Assembly: GCA_012295275.1 (NCBI GenBank)
Contig: CM022666.1
Span: 7,812,001 to 7,876,000 of the forward strand
DNA length: 64,000 nucleotides
Direction of reading: 5' to 3'
From: Chrysomallon squamiferum
Taxonomy: Eukaryota > Animalia > Mollusca
A program made the position numbers and the translations under genes. This document shows, piece after piece, positions 28,773 to 59,776 of the stretch (positions are counted from its first letter, which is position 1; each line of letters begins with the position of its first letter). The notes under the pieces are model-generated. The model did no database searches, was not told where the DNA came from, and was given only the letters and a program-made list of their open reading frames with translations.

Positions 28773-31284
28773 CATTTCTTTTCAAGTTCTTACATCATTT
28801 AACATAAATGAGTTGCTCAGTTTTTCATCAATGTGTGTTTTTATGAGTGCTCAAACACAGTTTCTGCTCACTTTTATGTTTCTGCATACCCACCATCATG
28901 ATGTGATCATTTTAATGAAAGATGTTTTTTTTTCTTCTTCTTTATCTTCTTCATCTAATACATTTAATTTCATACGACTTCATTTTTAGTGCTTAATTTA
29001 AAGACCTTGTATGAAAGCTAGACCATTTTTTATCAGCTTGAAGGATAATCTTATCTTCTGGCAAATTTACACTGTCAACAGCAGCCATTTTTATTGTGGA
29101 ACTCTTGTTTGCCGGGAGGGAAAAAAAAATCTCTTTTGATGAATTAATTTTCTCACTCTGTTTCCAAAGGATTTTGCTTTTGCAAAAAAAAAAAAAAAGA
29201 AGATATATTTGAGTGTTTGTAGTTTGAGAATTAAAAATTAAAAGCAATACTTTTTTTCTTAATTATTAAAATTTGGGAACAGTCACATGAAATATGTAAA
29301 GAGTGTGTGTGTGTGTTGTGTGTTTGTTATTGATATACATATGCACAGATACGCATGTAATATACAAACTCAAAAAATATATGCTAATATAATAAATAAA
29401 ATATATACAAAAATAAAAACTGAATAATTAAGAAATAAAAATATGACAATTATAAAAGAATAAATAAATATTTGCAACAAAAAAAAAAAGAAAATTAAAA
29501 TAGACAAAATGTCAAAAAGTCTAAAATTTCAGAAAATTTCATCTTTTCTTTTGAACAGTTGTATTTGCTGGTTAACTGATAATTCTCTTGGCCAGATTCC
29601 TTTTGTCTCTTTCTGAGAAATGAATCAGCATAAATTAGCATATTTGACACCACTAATGAGCAATAATGAGAAACAGAGGGCAGTTGATTCAGTTTTAAAG
29701 GAAACGTTTGGCTTTTGTCACGAATTTGGCATAATCTGCATGACAACTGTGACTAAGAGGAAAATGTGGGTTGAGACCTTGTGTTATCATGTGACTAATT
29801 GGTGGGGAAAAAAAGTTGATTGAGACCTTAATTTTTCATGTAATTAACAATGAAAGAATAATATAGTCTGGCTTGTAAATCTCATGTTTTCATATGTCAA
29901 TGAGAGAAAAAATAAATGTGGGTTGAAACCTTTTATTTTTTGCTGTTATTAAAAAGAAAGAAATAAGTATGATGTGAGATCACAAATTTTTATGTGACAT
30001 AAAAAAAAAAAATAATAATAATAATAAAAATAATAATAATAATCGTAATAAATAGTCTAAGAAAGTGTTACTTGAAAATTTATGTCTAAAAATTAAAAAT
30101 AATAAAATGGTTTGGTTTGAGATTTAAAATTTCCATCTGAAAAAAAACAACAAAAAAACAACAAATAAACAAATAAAATAAAATAAAATAATAAAAAGAA
30201 ATAAATGAAAGAAAATGAACTTCAAGGAAAAAAATATCTGTGGATTGACACCTGGTATTTCCCAACTCTTTGGCATACCAGAAATAATCAGCAGTAATTC
30301 ACTTGAGCAGAAGAGAAAAAACAAATTTGACATTTTCAGTAGAAAAACTAATTAATAACCATCAAGGCTTCAATAATTTGGATTGTTCCAGCAAGTATCT
30401 GGTACAGAAATAAACAGCTTTGTTCTAACTGAAAGTGAAGGAATGAATATATTAGCATGGATCTGAACTGATTTAAGATATTTACTTAAGAACACAATTG
30501 TTTTAGAAAAAAAAAATAGTAACAAAAAGCAATACTGGAGTTTGTTTCTAGAATTGATTTCATCAAAAAAAATAATAACAGATAAAGGTTATGAAAGTGA
30601 AATATAAAACATTTGAAGTTTTGTTTTTTGAATTGTATTCTAAAAGTAATAGATTTGTTTCAAATTTAAAAAAAAAAAAAATGGACTCAGAAATGAAATA
30701 TAAAACAATTTATGTTTGTTTCTATAATCGTTTCAATAAAAGTAATAGATTAGTTTTAAATAAAGAAAGTTTGCAAATATAAAGTATTTTGTGTTTTTTC
30801 AAATGTTTTTAATAGCAGGAGATACTGTTTTAAATAACAAAATTATAAAATATGACTCAAAGATATTTTTCCTTCTTTTTTTTTTTTTTTCAAACTGTTT
30901 TCCTAAGCAGATTTTAAAAAGAAGTTTTCAAATTAAGATACAAAGTTTCTTTATTTTATTTTTGGATTATTTTTATACCAGGAGATACATTTTCAATAAG
31001 AACATTTCAAAATAGAGTATCATAAAGTGCAGCTTATGTTTAGACACACCAGTATGACAATAAATAAATACATATATTTATCATGTATTTTATACAAAGT
31101 TGCATGACCATCTTATAAAAAAAATCACACTTTTCACTGTTTATGGGAGGGAGCTTATTAAAGAACGTTTCCTGCTAATCAATAAGAACAACCACTGGAG
31201 ATTAATAGTTTTTTTTTTCTCTTTAGATGACACATTCATTCATCCTCTCACCTATTTAACATTCTGTATTGTTCTGTGTTTCAG

Positions 31285-39137
<7,853 letters not shown>

Positions 39138-39229
39138 TGATAGAGATTTCACAACAACTAACTACACCTTTACAAGCTAATCCATCCATATTTTTCTCTC
39201 TTTTTCTTTTTTTTTTTTTTTTTTTGAAA

Positions 39230-39262
<33 letters not shown>

Positions 39263-39472
39263 TTTATTTTATTTTTTTATTATTGTATACCGGTTGCCAT
39301 GGTAACGACACGACGTCCTCCTCCGTTTCTACCCGTGGTAGGTTTTTTTTCACGGTCAGTGAAGCAGAAGAAACATTTTGGTCATTTGTCACACGTAGAA
39401 TCATTTAATTTGTTTTTTTTAAATTTACACACACACACATAATTAGAGCAAGGGTTTATTTTTGAAAATAAT

Positions 39473-39504
<32 letters not shown>

Positions 39505-41821
39505 TCTATTACATAAAGATTTTTAACTTATACTTTGAAAGAAAATTTGAAGTTTAAGGGCAACAAAAACAGCATTAGAAAAAATTACACTGAGACAAAA
39601 TAAAAATTAATAATAATAATAATAATAATAAAAAATTAAAACTCTAAGTAATTAAGTAATTGTTTCAACTTACATTAAAATAATAATAATAATAATAATA
39701 ATAATCATAATCATAATCATAATAATAATAATAATAATAATAATAAATTTTTAAAAACAAATTAAAATAAATTTTAAACATTTATAAAAATAAAAATAAT
39801 AGAAACCAGCAAAATTTTTATCTCAAAAATCAAATATTAAACATATGGATTCAATTTTGTAAATGGTGATTTGAAAACAAAAAATTCTGATGGACTGTTT
39901 AATAAACATACTGAATTAAAGGAGATCACATAGAAAATAATTAAGAATCCTGGACTGGTTGGCTTTGAGGATACTAAAGGATATTTTGACATTAAGGAGT
40001 TGTTGAAGACATTAGGGATTGAAAATTATGGATGTGTTGGAATTAAGGAGTTTAGAATCCTATTTTCAGGATTAGATGTTTAAAACATCTGCAGACTTAT
40101 AATGGTTGCAGATGTAAGGATAAGAATATCAGCTGGATGCAAGGATGCAGTGCTTGTGGATTATAGAAAATGCTGGAACAGAAGCTCAAAGGAAAGTTAA
40201 CAAATTTAAGGAATATTGTGAAAATCTGAATTTAAGGATTGAAAGAAAAGCTGGATTTGCAGAGAAGAAAAGCTGAATTTAAGGATTATAGAAATGGTGA
40301 ATGTAAAGATTATTAAAAAAATGGAAGGATTTGCAGGAAAGCTGAATTGAAGGAATAGAACAGCACTGGTTTTAAAGGATATCACTGAATGGTTTGGTAT
40401 GGAAAAACAAACACTTCTGTTGTGTACAAAATGTGATACAGACTAAAACGAAAACAAGATTTCAGTAAGTTTACTGAAAAATGATTGGTATACAGCCAAA
40501 CAAGATTTACAAATCATTTAGACTGAAACAAAATAATAATAAACATTAATCTGAATGTCTTTGATGACTGAATGCATTTTGAATCCAAATTATTTTTTGT
40601 TATTGAATTTATTCAGCTTGCTTCATTATTTGTTTTATTTATTTTTAATTATTTTATTTACTATTATCACTATTTTGTTTTTATTTTATTTTATAATTTG
40701 TGTTTTTTTTTCAGTTATTTTCTGCTTATTAACCTTAGAGTTGCTAATAACTAAGTCTTATAAGCATTTTTATTCAAAGATATTACCACTTTTCTCTTTT
40801 CTCTTTGTATATAGTTTATAATTTTGTTTTCTGGTGTATTATTATTATTTTAAAAATATGTATCAAGCAAGTTTAACTTTGTCTTGCTTCAGCTATCAAT
40901 TATATTTTATCTGAAGAATTAAAAAAAACCTTCAGGTATTGTTTTATACACTTGTATGAACATACACTTGTACAAAGATGCAGAACTCTACTGATTAAAC
41001 ATGGTCACATAGATTTTAATACAATGCAAATTTTCTGTTTCATTTTTGTGCTTTTTAGGCATTTATGTTAGTAAAAAGCTTGTTATTTTACTTATTTTTA
41101 ATATATATTGTTAATGAAAATTATGTTAATTTTGTTTTGTTTTTTAATTAAAAAAATTAAATACGTACTTGATATATTATTCTAATTTTATTTAATTTTT
41201 AAAATTATTATTGTTATTATTGTTATTATTATTTATTTTGTTTTATTATTTTTTTTTAAACTTTATAAAAAACTTTTTTTTTTTTTTTTTTTTTTCAGTT
41301 TTGTAAAAATCTTCATATTACTATTATTTTTGCATGCTGCAATTGCTTGGCTATATGTATAAAATTTTATTTTTAAAAAATAATAGTAATAATATTTACT
41401 TAATGAATTATATGAAAGTATAAAACTGGATACCAAATACCTCGTGTTTAGATGACTTTTAACTATTTTGATAAGCCTTTTTCTTTAAATTTATATTTTC
41501 ATTTATAGGCATAAATAAATATATAATTTGGTAAAATGAAAAAAATGTGTGTTTTTTTTTTATACAATAAATTTTTAAATTTTAAAACAGAAATCTTGAT
41601 AAAACATGATTTTAACAAACCACTAGACAACAGAAAAATCAAAACTTTTACTGTAGCTCATTTCTTAATTTTATTTAATTAAAATATATATTTAGTTATT
41701 TATATATTTCACTGCCTTTTAATGGCAGCCATAATGACAACCTGTGTTATTCCCACCTTTATTAGACTGATTAATAAATCATTATATAAAATTATTATTA
41801 TCATTATTATTATTATTATTA

Positions 41822-41877
<56 letters not shown>

Positions 41878-42119
41878 TTAATTAAATAATTTAAATTGTG
41901 GAACTTAACAAAGGGAAACAACTCTCAGTGGCTGATTTACATCTGATTACATTTAAGTCCCTTGATATAGGGAAGCATTTAGTGTCTCCTTTTAATAAAT
42001 CTGAAAATAAAGTGTCCTTTTCAGAGTGAAAGTGTCCTTTTTGTATCTGAAATTTTTAATACAAAACTGAAGTAAAAACTTCTTAAAAAAAAATAATCCT
42101 TTACCTCATTTCAAGATAT

Positions 42120-42150
<31 letters not shown>

Positions 42151-42600
42151 GCAAATAGAAGTTCATTTGTTTTTGTAATTTACTTTTTTCTCAACATCAA
42201 AACATTTAGCCATTTGTCAACCTACAGCTGTTGTCACTATTGTGATTATTTAGTCACTGTTGTGATAGTTTTGTCACTATTGTGATTTTCCAGCACAGTT
42301 ATTATGGCTGTCCAAAGTGTCACAATTAATGATTGTTTTTTACAAAGAATATATTACATTTATTTTTAATGTATCTTTTTTCTTTCCACGAAATTTTGTT
42401 TTTTAATTATTAATTTTTTTTTAAATTACACATTTTATTTAATCTTCCAGCAATATTTTTTTAAAGCCTGTTTTTTTAAGAGTATTTTAGAATGACTAAT
42501 CCATTTTGTTAACATCTACTACTTAATATAAAAATAAAAAAACCCGTAGTAAACAATATATATTGTGAGACCTATATAATGTCCTACATATTTTCATAAT

Positions 42601-42631
<31 letters not shown>

Positions 42632-42788
42632 TCATTTTTCAGACATTTTCCATTTTCATTTATCATAATTTATGATTAGGAATAATAAATACAGAAGACA
42701 TACTTACACCAAAACCAAGAAAAAAATTTAAAAATGTATTTATTTTACCTTTTGGTGAAATCAAATTAATAATAAATTTAATTAAAAA

Positions 42789-42828
<40 letters not shown>

Positions 42829-43300
42829 AAATAAGTAATACTGTATTTTAGTATAAAATTTATAATGGATTTTTATTTACAAACAGTACCAGACTTTTGC
42901 TTTCTCTTTTAATCATTGCATTTTAATTATATACAGTTATTTATTATGGTCAATATTATATTTTTAATATGAAAAACACTGTATTTTAATATTAAAAGGA
43001 ATGAAATTTGGAGGATTTGTATTTATTTATCTTTATTTTCATTTTTATTGTTTTTCTATAATAATTTACAGTGAATTTTAATTTCAGAGCAGTAGTTGAT
43101 TTTATGTTTTAAACACTAAAAAGCTTTTTATTATTACTTGTATTACAGAGTCTGAAAGCAAATGAAAATAATATGAGAGTTTTCTGTCTGTTGCCAGGGG
43201 TAACTGCATCTTAACTTAAAGGGGAGGGGTGCAGGGCAATGTAGGGAATATATTTGTTACTGGTTTATTATTATTATATTTTTTTTTTTAGATATTACTA

Positions 43301-43511
43301 ATTGTAGACTGCTGCATTCAAATCAAGGACCATTGTAAAATTTACAAGTGCTATGAAAATAAACATGGCCAGAATATTTTGTCACTGTTTTGTGCAGCAT
43401 GTTATCCTCTTCTTTTTTTTTCTGTTGATTTCCATGAAATTTTTAATCATTAATATATTGTGTATTTGTAAAGTGTTGTTTGTGTACAAGAAAGAAGGTC
43501 AGACAACCATT
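43301..43511 (+). repeat. Direct repeat of about 200 bp, copy 1 (copy 2 at 47115-47303)
   Basis: 43317-43408 is identical to 47131-47222 (92 nt); the flanks are diverged. Confidence 0.93.
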
Positions 43512-44603
43512 TTTTTTTTTCAACCACTAGAGCAAAATTTTGAATTCACCAGAAGTTTTCAGTGGTCTTTTCAATAAGGAATGTTACAGTAATTTATTAT
43601 TATTATTATTAATAAAATTAATTAAAGATTTAATTATTTAATTTATCAAAAATCCAAGCTTGAAAGTAAAGTTTCAGTTATGTGAACTGACATAAAAAAA
43701 ATGATAATAATAATAATTTTAAAATTAAAGTTTATTTTGATATTTTATGGTCTGGATATTATAAAGTTTTAGAAACTTTATTTTATTTATTTTAAAAAGT
43801 AAGAATTTTGGAAATAATACTAAAGAACTTATTGTATTTTTGAAGCTTGTCTTTCTAAACTAAATGCAAAATCATTGTTTGCATCTAGGGTATAAAAAAA
43901 TATATATATACATATTATTAAAATAAAAGAAAAAATAATTCAACTATTATTGAAGGAAAGTAACTCTTGATACTGAAAGCAATTTAAGTTATTTCCCTTG
44001 AATTTCTCCAATAATAAATATATTGTTACTTTTTCTGATAAAAATTTTAAGCTCTCTTTAATTCAAAAAAATTTAAATCATTGTTTTAGAAAATACTGAG
44101 CAAGAATTAAAAAATGTTTACCCTTTTTAAGTATTTATTTAGAGTTATAAAGTAATATTTATGTAAATTTAATGGTTAATTTGAGAACACACTAAGATTT
44201 TACGTCATAGTAAATATAACCAGAATGAATTTACTAAATTTCAGCTACATTTTTTGTTTTTGATAATTTAACATGTATGTTTGCATTTCTCACTTTCTTT
44301 GTTCAAATGTGAACATATTTCAAGTATTCCATGTGATTTATTTTCATCCTGTTCTGAGAAAAAAAAGGAAAAAATAAAAAAAGGTTGTCTGACCTTTTCA
44401 TTTATTTTGTCTGGTGTTAAAATTTATTTGTGATATTTTTTCTCATTTCATAATTAATTTGTTGTCATGGAGATCATCAGTATCGTTGTCTTGTTCATTT
44501 CTTTTAGTGTACAACACTAATATTTCTTTTATTTCTTTTTTAATGTAAAAATAGTAAATTATTCTTAATAATGCTCTGAAGTTCTTTATTATTATTATTA
44601 TTA

Positions 44604-44639
<36 letters not shown>

Positions 44640-45404
44640 CAAAGCTGTTTCCAATGAATTTTTTTGAAACCTTTTATGTTTATTTTCAAAATACAATAAA
44701 TAATTTGGGCAGTTTATTACTAATTTTATATATAATTTTTGTTTTGCCTTTCCAAAAACAGATGCAAATTTATATTATAACTATTTCGATAGGCGTTTAA
44801 ATATTTTATAATTCTTCAAAAACATTCTAAATGTGTTCAGTTATATATATTTTCCTGTCTGTTGTCACTTTTGAATATATTATATCTTCAGTGTCTCCAC
44901 CTATAATCTATCAGTATGTCTGTCTGTCTGTCTGTCTTGCATTTTAATATTCTACAAGTAGCTAAACTAGACACAATGTTACTGTGTATTAAATTCTTGT
45001 TTAATCTAAATGTAATGTTGTAATGTAAATAGGTATAAATATATCTGTAAATACTATATGCTTCTGAAGCAGTTATTTCCCTTGCTTTGTGCTCTTCGAC
45101 TTTGTATTGGAACTCCATGATGCAGAGATTGTTTGTTTTTTTTAATGGGAAAGGAAAAGATAATGTTACTGTACATTGCACGAATATGACTCTTTTTATA
45201 TTATTATTATTTTTATTTTTATTTATTTTATATATATATATATAGTAGAGTCTTAAATAGTTTTTGGGGAGATATTTTATTTCAAATTTCAAGAAAATTT
45301 CACAACAGCAACAACAGTTGTTTATTTTGTCAACAGCACAAAACTTGTCTGAGATGGAGTAACCATAGCAACAGATTAACAATTTAAATTTGATTTTTCT
45401 CATT

Positions 45405-45630
45405 CACCTTGTAAAAATGACCTTACCTGTATAAATATTTACTTACCTGTCTAAATGTTCATTTACCTGTAAAAATGTCACTTATCTGTTTGAATGTTTA
45501 CTAAACCAGGTATTCACTCACTTGTATTCATAGAATTAACCTGTCTAAATATGTATCTGCTACCTTGAAATGTTCACCTACATGTACAAATGTTTTATTT
45601 ACCTTTCTGAATGTTAACTTACCTTTATGT
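45405..45630. repeat. Degenerate tandem repeat of about 20 bp
   Basis: Recurring acttacctgt.taaatgtt-like unit. Confidence 0.65.
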
Positions 45631-45773
45631 CATCTGTTATGTTCATCATTTTTGTCCTGTTTATTTGTTTGTTTGTTTCAAAGAAAACATTTTTTATTAT
45701 TTTTTTTAAATGTTTTATTTAATGCTGTACAAAATTACTGCTTCTAAATATGAGTTTAATTTTAAAAATTTTA

Positions 45774-45830
<57 letters not shown>

Positions 45831-46064
45831 TTGGTGTATGTTTTAGTCTCTGTGTGTTATAACATGTATATCTTATTTGTACAAAATCTTGTTTCAATGA
45901 TATATGCAGTTTTATTTAACCAATTACGTCTTTAAAAAACAAAAAAAGTTGAAAATACATGTACCATTCATCATTAAACTTGAAATAGATAACAAAAATG
46001 AATTGTTGTTTGTTGTTATTTTATTTGTTTTTGTTTTGTTTTATTCATTTATTTATTTATTCAT

Positions 46065-46099
<35 letters not shown>

Positions 46100-46433
46100 T
46101 TTTATTTTATTTTATTTTATTTTATTTTATTTTCATCATTTCATTTCATTTTATTTATTATTCTGGTTCAGGCTGTACTGCTTAATTCATAATTAGGAAA
46201 GTTATTAGTTGCGAAAGTAGTAACAAATTTTGGGTTTGAGGGAGGGAAAAAAAAAGTTAAAAAATAGGCCATAGATGCCACTAGTCTGTATATCTGTATA
46301 TGTATCCAAAGAAGGCCAACCCTATTTAGAAAGAATATATAAAATTCACAAGATGGCTGAAACACTTGCACTGAAATAGATTATTATTCCAAACAGGTTG
46401 TATCTCCTAGGTAAACAGAGTAATGTATAATTT

Positions 46434-46790
46434 GATGTATATACTGAAATTCATTGATATGCATTGTTATCCACAAAGGCTGTATCTCACTGGTAGACAT
46501 CAAGCATGTATTGATGTATATACTGAAACACATTGATGTATATTATTATTCATCGAGACTGTATCTCATTGGTAGACCACATCAGGTATTGTTTGATGTA
46601 TATACTGAAACACATTGATGTATATTATTATTCATCGAGACTGTATCTCACTGGTAGACATCAAGTAGATATTGACGTATGTACTGAAACACATTTGTGT
46701 ATATTATTATCCATCGAGACTAGACCACATCAGGTATTGTTTTATGTATATACTGAAACATTAACACCGATGTATATTATTATCCAAATA
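46434..46790. repeat. Minisatellite of about 80 bp, about 4.5 copies with alternating variants
   Basis: Unit gatgtatatactgaaacacattgatgtatattattattcatcgagactgtatctcactggtagac, ending alternately in atcaag or cacatcagg. Confidence 0.88.
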
Positions 46791-47114
46791 GACTAATTCC
46801 AGTTCCACCTGGTACTCAACAACTGTTTATCAGTAGCTATATTTTTTAGTCAGCTGGAAGATTCATGTAAAATATCCCTTGCTGTTGATTAAGAAGCATA
46901 CAGCCAGTAAAAGATTTAATTTAACATTGTTACTAGTAACCAGTTCATATATCTGTTAAATGGTGAAAAATTCAAGAATATATAATCTTCTAATTCAGAA
47001 GCTGTTTTCAGTTGAGAGATCCTTTACTTAATTATTAATAGAGAACATTATAAATCTTTAACAACTAATAAAAGTTATAAATAATGTCCAGTGAAGACAG
47101 TGAAAGGAAGGTAT

Positions 47115-47303
47115 ATTGTAGACTGTTGCTTTCAAATCAAGGACCATTGTAAAATTTACAAGTGCTATGAAAATAAACATGGCCAGAATATTTTGTCACT
47201 GTTTTGTGCAGCATGTTATCCTTATTTTTCTATTGAGTTCCATGACATTTTTAATAATATATTGTGTATTTATAGTCTTGTTGATGTAGGTCAAACAACC
47301 ATT
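47115..47303 (+). repeat. Direct repeat of about 200 bp, copy 2
   Basis: See copy 1. Confidence 0.93.
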
Positions 47304-47793
47304 CACATACATTTTTTAGATCATGTTAAAAATCTGTAAACATTCCATCATTTATCTGGATAATTTTTGCCAGTTTAGGGCAAGATATGTCAGGCCTTGA
47401 TTTTAAAAATACCAAAATTCAAATCCTAGAATTTCCCAAATGTAAAAATCTCTCATATAATTAATAACTAGAGGTTATAATCATGCTTGGAGCTGTTACA
47501 GAATAAGTATTGGTTTCACTTGCACTTGAAAATGAATTTGTGTCAATACCTTTTCACTAGCTCAGTGCAATGTCACATGTAAACAGAATCCAAGATTTTT
47601 ATTTCCAATAATTAAATTAAAAAATAAGTTAGTTTGAATTTGTTCATTATATGTATGTTTTACTGTGTCAGTGCATCTGCTCAATCACAGAAAACTGCTA
47701 GATTTTATTTAAAAATTTAACTGTCCAGGTATCTCATCAAGGTATAATAAAGACATCAAACAAGAACAAAGACAAAACAGATTATAAAAATCT

Positions 47794-47799
47794 TTTATT
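47794..47799 (-). terminator. Candidate MCM7 polyadenylation signal
   Basis: AATAAA on - about 570 nt after the stop, followed on - by a GU-rich tract (ctgttttgtctttgttcttgtttg). Other AATAAA hexamers lie nearby. Confidence 0.45.
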
Positions 47800-48366
47800 T
47801 CAAATTCAACATAATTATATTCAGCTGTACAATGTAACTAATGGAAAACACTGAAATGTTGTTTGTAATTTCTAATTAACCTTTTGAGTTGTAATGTTGA
47901 CAAATACTTTTTTATTTATTCTTCAGTTTGAAATATCTATTAACCTTAGCTAATAATATAGCATGACAATAACAGGCTGGCAATTCCTTTATTATTAAAA
48001 TATTTCTTCTTTTTTTTTGTTTTCACTGGAAAAAATCTAAAGCACAAACAGATCATTGATTTACAGTCTCATGTGATTTTTTTTGTCACTATTATTTGTT
48101 TCCCTAAATAACAATATATTACATAAAGTTAAAATATTCATATCAAAATTAAAATTTCCATTAAAAATACTTTCTTCTTTTACATTTGTTACTCTTTATC
48201 TTGACAAATTAGTCTGAGGTCTGGTCTGCAGAGAATGCTTTTTTTCGTTAGTTTTTTTAAATGCATTATTCTTTATTTTGTTGACAAATATTTATGGTCA
48301 GGTAAGCTCAGCAGAGTGATTAAAATCTGCATTAGAAATTATTTCTTCTTTTCTTTCTTTCTTCTT

Positions 48367-58311
<9,945 letters not shown>

Positions 58312-58356
58312 TGTTGCAATTTTCGTTTTTGTTAAAAAGAAAGCCTTCGGAAAAGG

Positions 58357-58376
58357 GCGGGAAATGTACACACGTG
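58357..58376 (-). promoter_or_regulatory. MCM7 proximal promoter: E2F site and E-box
   Basis: TTTCCCGC on - at 58357-58364 matches E2F TTTSSCGC, about 45 nt upstream of the ATG. CACGTG lies at 58371-58376. MCM genes are established E2F targets. Confidence 0.65.
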
Positions 58377-58817
58377 ACCGGAACTTAGCTCGTTTTAGAA
58401 TCAGTCTATAACTAGTGATGGGCATCCTGAAATAAAATCACGTTTTAATAATTGGGGGATTATATTTACTTATATTCAGATAAACAAGAATATTAATAAT
58501 AATAATAATAAATGAAAAGGTTACAATAACATTCTTATCGGAATTATCAGTTTTTAAAGTTTCAATTTTTCTGCTACCAAATTTAACTGACCAAACAGAA
58601 CTAACATTAAAATTAGGCGTAGCTTTAATATTTTTGTTCATAAATAACAACAACAACAACAACAACAACAACAAAAAAAAAAAAAAAAAAAAAATAAAAT
58701 CAAATGCCGTTTAATCAATTATATTGCTTTAAATATATTTGACATGTCAGTTTAATTAATGCATTTACTTAGTATTTAGAATGAATAAACTATTTTTTTT
58801 TAACAGCAGAATATGTA

Positions 58818-58848
<31 letters not shown>

Positions 58849-59027
58849 TTTCGATCCTTATTTTATCTTTAATGATTAGTACAAAAGTACAAATATAATA
58901 CTACTGCTGTTAAATTTTTCAACATGAAATAAATAAATTGTGAAATACTTGTTTATTTTATTGTTGAAGAACGAAAGTTATGGCAACTTAAATGAAAACG
59001 CGTTACGAGACCCTGAAAAAATTGTAA

Positions 59028-59035
59028 TGACGTCA
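59028..59035. promoter_or_regulatory. Full CRE (CREB/ATF) palindrome midway between MCM7 and DDX3
   Basis: TGACGTCA inside the 12-bp palindrome AATGACGTCATT (59026-59037). Confidence 0.5.
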
Positions 59036-59614
59036 TTTTTGTTCTTCTTTTCTTTTTTTCTTTTTTTTTACACTTTTGATGACATTAACAGAACTGATCG
59101 TGCACCTGCTTGACTTGAACAAAAAATCTAAGAAAATCTGGCATCTGGATTCTTTTCACGTAACTAATAACTAACCAAAAGAATTAAAACAAACATAATG
59201 ATACATCATCGGGTAAACATCTTACTTAATTTTTAATTATCATTTTTTTTCTTTTTCTTTTTCGTTTTTCATTTCTGCAAAAAAAAAAAAAAAAAAAAAA
59301 TCTTGAACTACAATTTTCTGATTAAAAATCAGCAAAATAATTTGAAAAATATTAAAATTATTTATCATTATTCTTCCGATTGTACATTTCAAACATTTAA
59401 AGAAATTATGAATGAAAATATGTTTTAATTGTTATGAATTTAATCAAGCATATGTAAAATGAGAAAGACGCAATTAATTCATCTTTTTTTCTTTTCTATT
59501 CTTTTTTTTTTGAAATTTTTTAAAATTTCTTTTCCCCATTATATAATTTTCACAAACAAAGGGGTAAAAAAAAAGGTAAGAGAAGTCTAATAACAACGCG
59601 AGATTTTATAATAG

Positions 59615-59680
59615 TCGCTAGGTGGCGCCGATAACAGTCATCCTATAAATAGATCCTTTGTCGACTTGCCCACCATCTTT
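59615..59680 (+). promoter_or_regulatory. DDX3 core promoter: CTCF-like motif, TATA box, pyrimidine-rich start region
   Basis: TCGCTAGGTGGCGC (59615-59628, CTCF-like) and TATAAATAG (59644-59652). CATCTTT lies about 30 nt after the TATA and about 50 nt before the ATG. A YY1-like AAAATGGCG sits at about 59880 in intron 1. Confidence 0.55.
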
Positions 59681-59728
59681 AATCAACAATTAAATTCAGG
59701 CACAGCGAAAAAGAATCAAGGCTTCCGT

Positions 59729-59776
59729 ATGAGTTCTCATGATTTACATCAAAATGGAAAGGGTCTAGAGCAGCAG
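59729..59776 (+). CDS. DDX3X: DDX3 exon 1 (coding part)
   Basis: MSSHDLHQNGKGLEQQ, donor CAG|gtaacg. Confidence 0.88.

Noticed and set aside
47515-47572. Hairpin with a miR-92-like seed (ttgcact...agtgcaa)
   Set aside because: The stem is short and broken by a large bulge, and the sequence after the seed does not resemble miR-92.
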